In this document: one piece after another, positions 10,316-21,100 of the stretch
Numbering within the stretch: position 1 is the first letter of the stretch
How the letters are laid out: each line of letters begins with the position of its first letter
IMG/VR virus record: IMGVR_UViG_3300015607_004069
Span: 1-64,000 of that record
Direction: 5' to 3' (one strand)
DNA: 64,000 nt
DNA from: a virus
Lineage: Duplodnaviria; Caudoviricetes
The notes under the pieces: model-generated
Databases searched by the model: none
The model's input: only the letters and a program-made list of their open reading frames with translations
Told to the model about the DNA's origin: nothing
Translations under genes and position numbers: made by a program

Positions 10316-10951
10316 ATGCAGCGTTCGCTTAGATCATTTCAACGAAATAATCATCCACTAAAAATAAATAACTCGACTGATATTAGAAAGACTTATCACT
10401 ATCAGAATTATACTGCCTTTGCTAGAAAGGCAGACATGATAGCCAAAGATGCTAAGTGGCCTGAAGTCGTGATGTTGGCGTTTGTAGATTATTGTTCTTT
10501 TCAGGTGGTTAAGAGAAAGCTGATTCGTAATGGCATTGGCTCATTACTGCAGGATGCCTTTCTGGCCGAATGCAAGATGAAATTTGAACGTGCCAGAGCC
10601 GAATTGGTATCATCTAAAGCCGCGATAATGAAATCTATAGCCAACTTGCATAAAGAGCATATGAACAGCAAAATCAAAGGATTACCACTGGACAGGTATC
10701 TAACCTCGCCAGCAGTTGGATTGGCCAATATTACTAAATTGTGCAGAAATGGTGGAATTGATGAATTGACTATAGCATGTCATAAAGTATGTAGGTTTGC
10801 TGTTAGAACGGTGCGAAGCAGAGATGCTATTCAAGCAAAGATGCTGCCCAGCGAGCAAATTCTAGATTCGGCTGTCTCAAAAGCGAAACAGCGACTAGGC
10901 CAGCAACTACTTATTGAGTTGTTTGGTGACCAACTTTACACAGGAGCATGA
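10316..10951 (+). CDS. Hypothetical protein
   Basis: ORF track 10226-10951, ATG 10316 preferred; ATGA-coupled to nrdJ. Confidence 0.6.
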   Translation: MQRSLRSFQRNNHPLKINNSTDIRKTYHYQNYTAFARKADMIAKDAKWPEVVMLAFVDYCSFQVVKRKLIRNGIGSLLQDAFLAECKMKFERARAELVSSKAAIMKSIANLHKEHMNSKIKGLPLDRYLTSPAVGLANITKLCRNGGIDELTIACHKVCRFAVRTVRSRDAIQAKMLPSEQILDSAVSKAKQRLGQQLLIELFGDQLYTGA

Positions 10952-13900
10952 GCGTGCGGATTCAACGACGTTTTACCGATACTGCCGTCAAACCAGTAGA
11001 TAGCATCAAATACGAAATCAGAAAAAGCAAAGGACAGAATGCGGAAGTGCCGCATTGGTGGTCACAGGTAGCCACTGATATTCTGGCTTCGAAATATTTC
11101 AGGAAGCGTGGTGTTCCTAATAAAGTAGTTCATCTGACAAATCAGGAAATACGAGAAAAATTTCCACACATTCAAAACGATCTGGCACTTGATTCACTAC
11201 CATACAAATTCAGACCGAGCAAGCCAGCACCAGATGCCGTTTTTGCTGGCGAGTCGAGCATTAAACAAGTAGCTCACAGGCTGGCCGGATTCTGGACTTT
11301 CAGTGGCTTGATGAACAATTATTTTGAATCGAATGAACAGGCGAACATTTTCTATGATGAAGTCTATCATACTATTGTTTTCCAGATAGCCGCTCCTAAC
11401 AGTCCGCAATGGTTCAACTCTGGTTTATGGTGGGCCTATGGCATAACTGGACCGGCGCAAGGTCATAGTTACACCGACCCGGATGGTGAAGTTCATAAAT
11501 CAACCGATGCCTACTCAAGGCCTGCTCTTTCCGCCTGCTTTATTCAGAGCGTCAATGACGATCTCGTCAACCCCAATGGTATCATGGACTTATGGGTTAG
11601 AGAAGCCAGAGTGTTCAAATACGGCGGTGGCTCCGGAACGAATTTCAGCAAGATCAGAGCAAAGAATGAAAAGCTCTCTGGCGGCGGGTCATCCGGTGGT
11701 CTGATGTCCTTTCTGAAGATCGGTGATCGTGTAGGAGGATCAATCAAATCTGGCTCTACCACACGACGCGCGGCTAAGATGGTCATTCTGAATTCTGACC
11801 ATCCGGATATTGAAGAGTTCGTGTCTTGGAAGGTGCATGAAGAACAGAAAGTAGCCGCCCTTGTTACTGGCAGTAAAGCCATAAAGTCAGCTACTCACGG
11901 AATCATGGATGCTTGTAATGGCAACTATGAGGCCGATAAGAACCCAAAGCTGAAGAAGGCAATTCTGAAGGCACGAGAACTTAATGTCCCAGACAATTAC
12001 ATCTTCCGAGCTATTGAGTTAGCCAAGAACGGGTATAAATCGTCAGAGGTCGAGATAGAGGTTCTTGATACACAATGGGAAGGCGAGGCATACGCTACAG
12101 TTAGCGGACAGAACAGCAATAACTCTGTTCGTGTTACCAATGAGTTCATGCAGGCTGTAGCAGATGATTCAAAATGGAATCTGATTGAACGAACCACTAA
12201 TAAACCAGTCAAATCGATCAGTGCCAAGAAGCTATGGCGGAGCATTGGCTATTCCGCATGGGCCTGTGCTGATCCCGGTCTTCAGTTCGATACGACTATC
12301 AATGATTGGCATACTTGTCCCAATGACGAGCCGATTAATGCTAGCAACCCATGCAGCGAGTATATGTTCATTGATGACACGGCATGCAATCTGGCATCGA
12401 TTAATCTGGTAGCCGTTGGCGATCCCCGCAATGGCTGGTCAGAATATTGTAAATCCTATGAGCAGGCCATTCAGATCTGGACGATAGTCCTTGATATCTC
12501 GGTGGGTAGTGCTCAATACCCAAGCGATCTGATAGCCAAGAAATCATGGCAATATAGAACCCTTGGTCTTGGGTATGCCAATCTCGGTGCATTGTTGATG
12601 CGGCTTGGTATTCCCTATGATAGCGAACGGGCATGCACTACGGCATCAGCTTTAACGGCCATTATGCAGTACGCCAGCTATCTGATGTCCCATGATATAG
12701 CAGCGAGATTGGGTGCGTTTCCGCAGTATACCAATAACGCCAAGTCGATGATCAGGGTAATAAAGAACCATTTGGCTATGGTCGATACAGGTCATCGCTC
12801 ATTTGAAGGCCTGTCTATAGAACCAAAGCCAATCAATTTCAGTCACATCAATACTGAATTGGCAGAATATGTCATAAGCCTTTCCGAGCGGTTGGAATCT
12901 GTCGATCCTCATGTTGGTTTCCGCAATGCTCAAGTGACCGTGATTGCTCCTACTGGAACTATCGGGCTGGTGATGGATTGCGACACTACGGGTATAGAAC
13001 CAGATTATGCTCTTGTAAAGTTCAAGACTCTAGCTGGCGGTGGGAGCTTCCTGATTATCAATGAATCTGTACCACCGGCATTGAAGAACTTGGGCTACAG
13101 CGAAGCTCAGATAGCCGACATCACCAAATACTGTCTAGGCACACGTGCGTTCGACCATCATAAATTGAACCGTGATAAGATGCTGCTATTAGGAATAACC
13201 CATGCTTCCTGTGTAGCATTGACAAATTCACTGCCTAGCCTGTATGACATTGAATATTTAAATCTCGGTCTGCTGGATGATGAATCGAGGAAGGCATGCA
13301 ATCTGAATGAGAATTCAAGACCAAAAGATTTCTTTGCCTTATTTGGTTTGACTACCAATGAGGATATTAGAAACGCAAATGCTCACATCTGTGGGACCTC
13401 TACTATTGAGGGCGCGCCGCATTTGAAAGAGAGCGATTATCCGATATTCGATTGTGCCAACAAGTGCGGCAGAAACGGCAAGAGATTTATCAGGCCTTTG
13501 GCTCACGTTGATATGATGGCCGCTGTTCAGCCATTGATCAGCGGGGCTATCTCCAAGACGATAAACATGCCTTCTGATGCCACTGTAGAAGATGTCCTGA
13601 ATGCTTATTATTATTCATGGCGAAAGATGATTAAAGCTGTTGCTCTCTATCGTGATAATAGCAAGCTTAGTCAGCCCTTGCAGTCTGGTGATTTGATTAG
13701 CGTGGTTGATGATGCTGCAATGGAAGTGGCAAAAGAGATCAAGAGGCATGTTGCTGTGCGACGCAATGTGCCATGGAGACGGTCAGGTTACACTCAGAAG
13801 GTCAGGTTTGGCGGTCATACTCTCTATGTCACTACCGGAGAGTATGAGGATGGTCAGCTTGGTGAGGTCTTTTTGACTATGGCCAAGGAAGGGTCTGCTT

Positions 13901-14394
13901 TCCGTGGCTTGCTGAATGCATTTGCCGTGGCGGTGAGCATTGGCTTGCAGCATGGTGTTCCTCTTGATGAGTTCTGTAAGGCCTATCTATTCAATAAGTT
14001 CGAGCCTAATGGTGTTGTTCAAGGTCATGACAAGATCAAGATGACATCATCTATGGTTGATTTTATCTTCCGTGATCTGGCGATTGCTTATCTCGGTCAG
14101 CACGATTTGGCTCATACTAACAAGATCACTATCAAGGATCTGGAAGTTGATGCCCTGCCTAAGACCGATTCTGATCATGAGATAGACTTCGGTATTCAGA
14201 TCAGTGCGAATGGGAATGGAAAGCACCATAATAACAATAACAACGGGGCGACTTTGGCGACTCTGCCCGTAAATCGAATTAGAATGCCGGGTTATGAAGG
14301 CGAGGCATGTCCTGATTGTCATTCCTTGACAATGGTTAGGAATGGGACATGCCTGAAATGTGCCAAATGTGGTGCTACTTCTGGATGTAGCTAG
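10948..14394 (+). CDS. nrdJ: Class II (adenosylcobalamin-dependent) ribonucleotide reductase with TSCPD domain
   Basis: [44 protein letters not shown]; TSCPD-like GEYEDG.LGEVF region; C-terminal CPDC...CLKC.KCG zinc ribbon. Confidence 0.95.
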   Translation: MSVRIQRRFTDTAVKPVDSIKYEIRKSKGQNAEVPHWWSQVATDILASKYFRKRGVPNKVVHLTNQEIREKFPHIQNDLALDSLPYKFRPSKPAPDAVFAGESSIKQVAHRLAGFWTFSGLMNNYFESNEQANIFYDEVYHTIVFQIAAPNSPQWFNSGLWWAYGITGPAQGHSYTDPDGEVHKSTDAYSRPALSACFIQSVNDDLVNPNGIMDLWVREARVFKYGGGSGTNFSKIRAKNEKLSGGGSSGGLMSFLKIGDRVGGSIKSGSTTRRAAKMVILNSDHPDIEEFVSWKVHEEQKVAALVTGSKAIKSATHGIMDACNGNYEADKNPKLKKAILKARELNVPDNYIFRAIELAKNGYKSSEVEIEVLDTQWEGEAYATVSGQNSNNSVRVTNEFMQAVADDSKWNLIERTTNKPVKSISAKKLWRSIGYSAWACADPGLQFDTTINDWHTCPNDEPINASNPCSEYMFIDDTACNLASINLVAVGDPRNGWSEYCKSYEQAIQIWTIVLDISVGSAQYPSDLIAKKSWQYRTLGLGYANLGALLMRLGIPYDSERACTTASALTAIMQYASYLMSHDIAARLGAFPQYTNNAKSMIRVIKNHLAMVDTGHRSFEGLSIEPKPINFSHINTELAEYVISLSERLESVDPHVGFRNAQVTVIAPTGTIGLVMDCDTTGIEPDYALVKFKTLAGGGSFLIINESVPPALKNLGYSEAQIADITKYCLGTRAFDHHKLNRDKMLLLGITHASCVALTNSLPSLYDIEYLNLGLLDDESRKACNLNENSRPKDFFALFGLTTNEDIRNANAHICGTSTIEGAPHLKESDYPIFDCANKCGRNGKRFIRPLAHVDMMAAVQPLISGAISKTINMPSDATVEDVLNAYYYSWRKMIKAVALYRDNSKLSQPLQSGDLISVVDDAAMEVAKEIKRHVAVRRNVPWRRSGYTQKVRFGGHTLYVTTGEYEDGQLGEVFLTMAKEGSAFRGLLNAFAVAVSIGLQHGVPLDEFCKAYLFNKFEPNGVVQGHDKIKMTSSMVDFIFRDLAIAYLGQHDLAHTNKITIKDLEVDALPKTDSDHEIDFGIQISANGNGKHHNNNNNGATLATLPVNRIRMPGYEGEACPDCHSLTMVRNGTCLKCAKCGATSGCS

Positions 14395-14459
14395 TATTTT
14401 GCAGTCATTCCGACTCGTACGTATTGACAGTTCAACGCTGTCAATACGGAGTCGGTTTG

Positions 14460-15140
14460 ATGAGTCCTAGTTTCAATATGTTGGCTCTTAACAACAGTTT
14501 TCCGGGCATCATGTCTGATGTTGAGATTCTTAAGAATGTAAAAATGGAGCCGTTTTTCTGTGGAGTTGGTTATAAGGCCGTCATTGATGAACTGGCTGTC
14601 TCTTATGGATGGAACGATCTTCCTAGCAAGATTCAGTTCATAGAGGGTAAAAAGGCCGTTTCCCACGGTCTGACGAGTTATGGCTATGATCTGACTTTGG
14701 CCCCGCGATTTAAAGTTTTTACCAATGTCCATGAGCCAACGGCCATCATTGATCCGCTCAATTTCAAGACGAGCATTTTTGTCGATCAGGAAAGCGAATA
14801 CTGCATTATTCCGCCGAACAGTTTCGCCTTAGCGGAATCAGTAGAAAAGATCACGATGCCAGAAGACTGTATGGCTATTTGCATGGGCAAGAGCACGTAT
14901 GCACGTTGTGGTATTTTCTTAGGCATTACTCCTATTGAGCCGGGTTGGGTAGGAACTGTTACTATAGAGATTAGCAATACTACACCGTTACCTGCTAAGG
15001 TCTATGCCAATATGGGCATTGCTCAACTGATATTCTTTAACAATCAATGTGGTTGTGCTATTTCTTATTCGACTAAAAAGGGCAAGTATCAATCCCAGAG
15101 CGGGATAACTCTACCTCGGTCAGGTATTGAATCTGTATGA
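14460..15140 (+). CDS. dcd: dCTP deaminase
   Basis: [61 protein letters not shown]; start uncertain (14424-14511). Confidence 0.95.
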   Translation: MSPSFNMLALNNSFPGIMSDVEILKNVKMEPFFCGVGYKAVIDELAVSYGWNDLPSKIQFIEGKKAVSHGLTSYGYDLTLAPRFKVFTNVHEPTAIIDPLNFKTSIFVDQESEYCIIPPNSFALAESVEKITMPEDCMAICMGKSTYARCGIFLGITPIEPGWVGTVTIEISNTTPLPAKVYANMGIAQLIFFNNQCGCAISYSTKKGKYQSQSGITLPRSGIESV

Positions 15141-15185
15141 TCGGGGTTGTCTTAACAGATGAGAGAATAAGGCCACTCAGACGTT

Positions 15186-18122
15186 ATGATATTTAATATC
15201 GTTGATAACTTGGATGTTTTTGTCACTCAGGCACCAGCGAATCATCTGGCTGCTATAAACAAGTATTTCACCGTTTCCTTAATAGATTGTGGCAAGAGAT
15301 ATTTTGGTCATACCAACCAGTCTCCGGTCGTCAATTTCTTTGATTTTAACAAGGGCAGAATCAATTTACAGTTGCTGCCTGATTTGATTAAATTCTGTGA
15401 TAAATCTGGTTTTCCTTATCAGATTGTTGATTCTCGTCCAGAATGGCCACATCAGTCTTTGACAGCAGATCAAATTGGTCCGGATTTTCTAGCTGGAATT
15501 GCATTAGAAAGCTATCAGCTAAGATGCATTCGTGCTGCCTGCGATGCGGATTTTGGAATTATAGATGCAGTGACTGGTAGCGGTAAATGTATCGTTGGAG
15601 AATCAAAAGTTGTTGTCAATGGAGTAGAATGTGAAATAGATCAATTGTTTTTAGGTGTTGAGCCAGAGCAGATAGTAGATGTTTCCAAAAGAAAGCTTTA
15701 TGTTTTTGGGCCAAATGGTCACTTAAAGATAAATGCTCTTTATAAAACTGGTAGACGTAGGATATTAAAATTGACGACTGAAAATGGTGCTGAGTTGAGA
15801 GGGGTTCATGAACATCGGATTTATACTAAACGAGGCTGGGTTCAATTAAAGGATTTGAAGAATGATGATGAAACCCAAATTCACCCAGAGCTATGCATTG
15901 GAAATAGGAATAAAGCCGTATATTACAAGAAGAATGTGGAAGAGAGCGGGCAAGAGACGTGGGCAGATGAGAGCAGCCCCATTTGTCAGTTCGTTGTGTG
16001 CATTGTGCGAGAACAGATTCGAGAAGTCTCTGAGAACATTCATTCACGGAGTAGAGCATTTCAAAAAGCCGCTTTGCCAGAGATGTACATCGTCTCAAGC
16101 TACGAAAGAAAATGTTGCGGCGAATCGGCACAAACATCGGAAGAATTGGGATCGCTTTGTTGCCATTTCGAGAGCCGCGAATCCGATGAAGAACAAAGAG
16201 ACAGTAGAGAAAGTCTTGCAAACTTGCAGTCAGAGGTATGGTGTCAGAGTAGCGGCCAATGTACCATGGGCAGACAGGTCTATGGCGAAAATGAAAGAAT
16301 TGCAAACGAAAAAGATGAACGGTACTTTGCCAAATTCGGTGATGGTAATAAAGAAATTCAGAAAAACAATGGCTGCGAAATCAGCAGAAGAGATAGCAGC
16401 GATAAAAACCGCCAAACTGCAGACGTGGCACAAGAATCACCAGACAGCGGATGCTATAGACGAGTTATATGCGCGAGTTCACAGAATTCGAACCAAGCAT
16501 GTGGATACGAGATTTGGAGTTCTGGCTTACCAGAGCCAATTAGAATTGAAATTCATAAGACTATGCGAAGACTTGAGTCAAGTTCAAATGATTACAAGAG
16601 GTCCGACTATCAACCTAAAAAATTCGTGGTACTTGTCAGACTTTTTAGTGAAGACAAAGACCAAACAGATGATAGTAGAGATAAAATCGAAGTTTTTATT
16701 CATTCAGAAGAAAATGAGTGTCTTGTTGAAGAAGAAAGCGGCAATGAGGTACGCGAGAATACAAAATATGGAGTATCATTTGCTGATTTGCTCAAAATCA
16801 GCAGAAATGGCTTCTGTGATGGCGAAAATTGGTCTAGAGTAAGGAGTATTGAAAATGATGGGGTTGAATACTGTTATGATTTTCAATTGGCCGATCCATC
16901 ACATGCTTATTGGACAAATGGAATATTGTCTCATAACACTGAAATGATGGCCGCTATCTGTAAAATGAATCCCGGTTGCAATACGGTGATTCTGTCGGAA
17001 CAGCGAGTCGTTATCGAGCAGATTTCTGAACGTTTACAGCTTCGTGATGTGAAAGACGTTGGTCTGTTTTATTCTGGTAAATCGCCAGACGGGCAGTCGA
17101 TTGTCATTGCCTCGGTTCAGTCATCTACTAAGATTAATAAGACCAATGTTGAAAAGCCGATTCAGTCGTCTTATAAGACGGTTGATGCTTATGTGAAAGC
17201 GTTGACTAAGTATGAATCGATGATGACTGGATTCAAGAATAGAAATATCAGGGCAGAAGAATTACGGGACATTATAAAGCAAGCCGACATGCTTTTGGTT
17301 GATGAGTGTGATCTGGCTGTGAGTTCCATGTATCGGTCGATACTGAGAATATTTTTTAAAGGCCGTAAGCGATATGGCTTCACTGGATCTGTCTTTGATA
17401 AAGACAAGAAGCTGCAATCGATGAAAATGCGGTCGTATCTTGGACCGATTATCGCTAGGGCTTCCAGAGAGGAAGTGCTGGCCGCTGGTCGAATAAATGA
17501 TGTAAGATACACCATGATTGTCTTCACTGGTGCTCCAGAGGAAGTTCATGATTCATCTATGCTTAATATTGCCATAGATGAAAAATTGACGGCCAATATC
17601 AAGTACCACAAGTTATTGAATGGTCTTTGTGATTTTCATGTGGATGAAAAAACGTTGATTCTGGTAGAAAGCAAAAAGCTAGGTGCTGCTCTTGAAGAAT
17701 ATATTCCAAATTCGGTTTTCATCTGTGGCGATACTAGCTCTAAGGCTAGAAATGCTGCTGTGGAGAAGTTCAGAACTGGTGAAATCAAGATTCTGATTGG
17801 CGGTAAGATTCTTAAGAGGGGATTTGATTTGAAAGGCGGTTTCGACAACATTATCTTGTCTACTGGTGGAAAATTAAGTTCTGATTTTAGACAGAGGCTG
17901 GGAAGAGGATATAGGCGAAGTGCGCGTGGATATACTAGAATATATGATTTCATGTTTCGAGTTAATAAATATCTTTATAGTCATTCTCGTGAGAGATTGA
18001 AGACAATAGTCAAGCTTGGTATAAAGACTGTTGTGATATACCCAAATGGATTCAAAATAGATGGCGCAGACCTCGTCAAACGCAATTTCAACGTTGGTAA
18101 AAACTGGCGACAAACCAGTTAA
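15186..18122 (+). CDS. uvsW: UvsW-like superfamily 2 helicase precursor containing an intein in Walker A
   Basis: After removing aa 135-584: TGSGK/T Walker A, LLVDECD, GFTGS, RQRLGRGYR helicase motifs. Confidence 0.85.
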   Translation: MIFNIVDNLDVFVTQAPANHLAAINKYFTVSLIDCGKRYFGHTNQSPVVNFFDFNKGRINLQLLPDLIKFCDKSGFPYQIVDSRPEWPHQSLTADQIGPDFLAGIALESYQLRCIRAACDADFGIIDAVTGSGKCIVGESKVVVNGVECEIDQLFLGVEPEQIVDVSKRKLYVFGPNGHLKINALYKTGRRRILKLTTENGAELRGVHEHRIYTKRGWVQLKDLKNDDETQIHPELCIGNRNKAVYYKKNVEESGQETWADESSPICQFVVCIVREQIREVSENIHSRSRAFQKAALPEMYIVSSYERKCCGESAQTSEELGSLCCHFESRESDEEQRDSRESLANLQSEVWCQSSGQCTMGRQVYGENERIANEKDERYFAKFGDGNKEIQKNNGCEISRRDSSDKNRQTADVAQESPDSGCYRRVICASSQNSNQACGYEIWSSGLPEPIRIEIHKTMRRLESSSNDYKRSDYQPKKFVVLVRLFSEDKDQTDDSRDKIEVFIHSEENECLVEEESGNEVRENTKYGVSFADLLKISRNGFCDGENWSRVRSIENDGVEYCYDFQLADPSHAYWTNGILSHNTEMMAAICKMNPGCNTVILSEQRVVIEQISERLQLRDVKDVGLFYSGKSPDGQSIVIASVQSSTKINKTNVEKPIQSSYKTVDAYVKALTKYESMMTGFKNRNIRAEELRDIIKQADMLLVDECDLAVSSMYRSILRIFFKGRKRYGFTGSVFDKDKKLQSMKMRSYLGPIIARASREEVLAAGRINDVRYTMIVFTGAPEEVHDSSMLNIAIDEKLTANIKYHKLLNGLCDFHVDEKTLILVESKKLGAALEEYIPNSVFICGDTSSKARNAAVEKFRTGEIKILIGGKILKRGFDLKGGFDNIILSTGGKLSSDFRQRLGRGYRRSARGYTRIYDFMFRVNKYLYSHSRERLKTIVKLGIKTVVIYPNGFKIDGADLVKRNFNVGKNWRQTS
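15588..16937 (+). mobile_element. Intein (450 aa) in helicase P-loop, with an out-of-frame endonuclease gene in its insertion slot
   Basis: Starts CIVGESKV after GSGK; block B-like GVHEHRIYT..GW..LKDL; ends YCYDFQLADPSHAYWTNGILSHN followed by Thr(+1). Confidence 0.92.
15862..16842 (+). CDS. Putative homing endonuclease (Zn-finger, helical DNA-binding repeats, C-terminal PD-(D/E)xK/TnsA-N-like domain) in the +1 frame inside the intein
   Basis: 326 aa; CALC...CQRC; NPMKNKETVEK..QT...RYGV; YQSQLELKF...YLSDFLV...IVEIKS...KKKAA..YA....EY nuclease pattern; AAGGA upstream of the ATG. Confidence 0.8.
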   Translation: MMMKPKFTQSYALEIGIKPYITRRMWKRAGKRRGQMRAAPFVSSLCALCENRFEKSLRTFIHGVEHFKKPLCQRCTSSQATKENVAANRHKHRKNWDRFVAISRAANPMKNKETVEKVLQTCSQRYGVRVAANVPWADRSMAKMKELQTKKMNGTLPNSVMVIKKFRKTMAAKSAEEIAAIKTAKLQTWHKNHQTADAIDELYARVHRIRTKHVDTRFGVLAYQSQLELKFIRLCEDLSQVQMITRGPTINLKNSWYLSDFLVKTKTKQMIVEIKSKFLFIQKKMSVLLKKKAAMRYARIQNMEYHLLICSKSAEMASVMAKIGLE

Positions 18123-21100
18123 GCCAAAGGTTATGTATTTTGTCAATGAAAAAGTCGAATACGCCTTAACAAAATACATCTGGTCTGGCTGTACTGACGT
18201 GGCATTGCGTGATATGGTTATGTCGAACGCATCAGAGCTTATCAGGCAAGTCATTAAGAAACAGGGTCTGGCTGAGATCTATCCCGGAAAAGAAGAGTCG
18301 TCCTTAGGCGATCTGCACCAGATAGCTTGGTGCGTTTGTCCTAACACTATTATTATAACCAAATCCGGCATACAGCCGATGTATGAGATGTTTTGCCCAT
18401 CAATATATCATATTAGTGGTGGCGGTGTGGTGCCGATTAGTGATAGTCAGCGTAATGGTGAAGAACCCGTTGTGTGTCCCGGAAAGGCTGTCGATGTTTT
18501 CGGTTATCATGGGCTAAAATCGACAACTGACTTTTATCTCAATTTGCATAATCAGCCTGTTCGAAAAGTAACGTCAAAATACGGATACAATCTGATCTGC
18601 AGTTTGGACCATCCACACCGGGTTTTGACTAAATCTGGAATCAAGAGCATTCCGACCAAGAAGTTGAAAATTGGTGATTTGGTTGGCGTTCAATATAATC
18701 AACAGTGTTTTGGTAATCAGGATGATATAAACTTCGTTCCGAAGACTACTGGCGGCACCACTAAAGATTGGAATCCTCCAACCAAATGGACTCCTGATCT
18801 TGCATATATTGTTGGGCTGTTAATTTCAGAAGGATCACTGGAAAAGTATAGGACTGTCATTTATAATGCAGATCAGGCGGTCATTGATAGATTGCAAAAT
18901 AACTCTGTCGGCCTTGAATTCAAGTATGATGCAAGCAATATATCTAGCACGACTCATTGTCGTCGATTTGCTGAGTTCCTTGAATACATTGGTTTGCATC
19001 AGGGAATGCATTCTAGTACCAAGATGATACCGCAATGTATGTTGAAATGTTCTAAGGAAATTATTGTCGAGATGCTGAGAGGTATGTTCGATGGCGATGG
19101 ACATTCTAACAAGAATATCGGTGTAGTCGGATACTCGTCATCGTCTCCGGAATTGATAGAAGTTCTTCGGGTTTTGTTGCTTAATTTTGGCATCGTCTCG
19201 AAGACTTCTTATAGCGAACGCGGATTATGTCCGAATCCTAAGGGTGGTATGTCTGAGAGACTGCCAGAATACCAACTGCTGTTGTCGTCTGAAGACTCTG
19301 CTAAATTCTACCAATCTATTGGGTTTGGTATTCCTTATAAGCAGGTAAAGGCGAAGAGCTTAACATCGCAACCATGGTTATTGATTGACAAAATAACAAC
19401 AAAACACTTGCAAGATGTTCTGAGGGATGTCAGTCCTGCCACTATTCGCAGAGTCACAGGATTTAAGAAGCGAAACCTTGTTAAAGGCAAGCAAATGCGA
19501 CTGAACACATTTGCTCATGTAGTTATAACTCTTGAGTTAAACCAGACCGATAGGTTTTTGGCTAATAGATTATCTGAGTATATTGGTAATACTGATGACT
19601 CAAGTAAGATGATCTGGTTGCCAGTCGAGGATATCGAAGAGCGTGAAAATCAATTAGTAGTTGATATTGAAGTGCCAGATAGTGGAACTTTCACTGCCAA
19701 TGGTATTGTGACATCAAATTGCCAAATTGAACGTGTGCTTTACAAATTCAGATCCTACCCGCATTGTCGTGTCTGTTTTAATCCAGATAGACCGCCAGAT
19801 TCCTTGCTCTACTGTCAGGATGATAATGAATATGGCATTGTTATGATTGAAGAGCTGCTGGAAAATGGCATTAGCAAATGCCCTAATTGTGGAGCTGTAT
19901 TGAGTAATGACTATTGTATCGAGCCAGAGACAGGGATTTATGGTGGTTCACCTACCGTTCTTTATCGTGGTCCGTCCAAATTGTTTAACATGTGGTGTGT
20001 CAGCCCTGAGACTATGCTGTTAACCAGCAATGGTATTGATACAATTGGAGACGTAGTTAGTTATTCTAATGCTTATCCGCCTAAAGTTTATGGTCCGTGT
20101 GGATTGCAGCCTGTTAATGGTGTACTATCCAAACCAGAAACAGCAACTAGAATCATCAAGACTCTGCTCGGATACGAGATCGAATGTTCTCCAGAGCATG
20201 GATTATATAAGCTTGAAAATGGAATTCCGACTAGAGTCGAGGCAGATACGTTAAAAGCAGGTGACTTGCTTGGAATTCAGTTTAACCAGCAGTTATTTCA
20301 AAATCTTGACTCATTAAAAGACCTGCCAAAATATGACACATGGAATCGGCCAGATTTAATGACAGATGAACTGGCTTATATTGTCGGTCTGTTTGTGGCG
20401 GAGGGATCATATTCCTATGGTAAATTGGTAATATATAATATTGATCGTGACGTGATCGATACTTTGGTGAAGAATACTTTAGGTCTAAATTTTATCCACG
20501 AGCCGCAATTTCAAAGAGTGTCGTTGTGCAATGTTGAATTTATTGATTTTATGATCAAATTCGGATTCCCTGAACGGACTGAAGCCACAACAAAGATGAT
20601 TCCGCGACGTATGCTTTTGTGTTCTAGAGAATTGATAGCAGCATGCTTACGTGGGATGTTTGATGGCGATGGGCACTCTATTAAGCACAATGGTTGTGTC
20701 GGCTATACGTCTACTTCTAAGAAGCTGACAGCTCAAGTGCGAATGTTATTGTTAAATTTTGGTATCTTGACCAAAATAAGCTATGATAAACGAAAAATTA
20801 GAAAGTTTATTAAGAAGAAAACTGGTAGAATGTATGTGAGTAAGTTAGCGGAGGCTGCTCAGCTTTTGCTTTCGGCTTCTGATTCAAAGAGATTTTATGA
20901 AAAAATCGGATTTGGTATCGATAGAAAAGCAGTCAATGTCGATGGTCTGACTGAGAATAACAAGGAATTTCATTATTGCTTTAATGACCACTTTAGAGCA
21001 TTGTATGCGAGATATGGATGTGGTTCCCTCGGCTATGATTCGATTAGACGAGCCATCAGGACCAATCATTGTACTGTCAAATCGGCAATCGCCGCTTTGG

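Noticed and set aside
15826-16305. Antisense 159-aa ORF as a third coding layer
   Set aside because: No motif or RBS recognised; likely a by-product of constrained codon usage
15862-16842. Nested ORF explained as two compensating sequencing frameshifts or as a group I intron
   Set aside because: Errors would not leave the alternative frame stop-free for ~980 nt; the +1 ORF has its own RBS, start and stop; flanks are protein-splicing motifs and the host frame is uninterrupted
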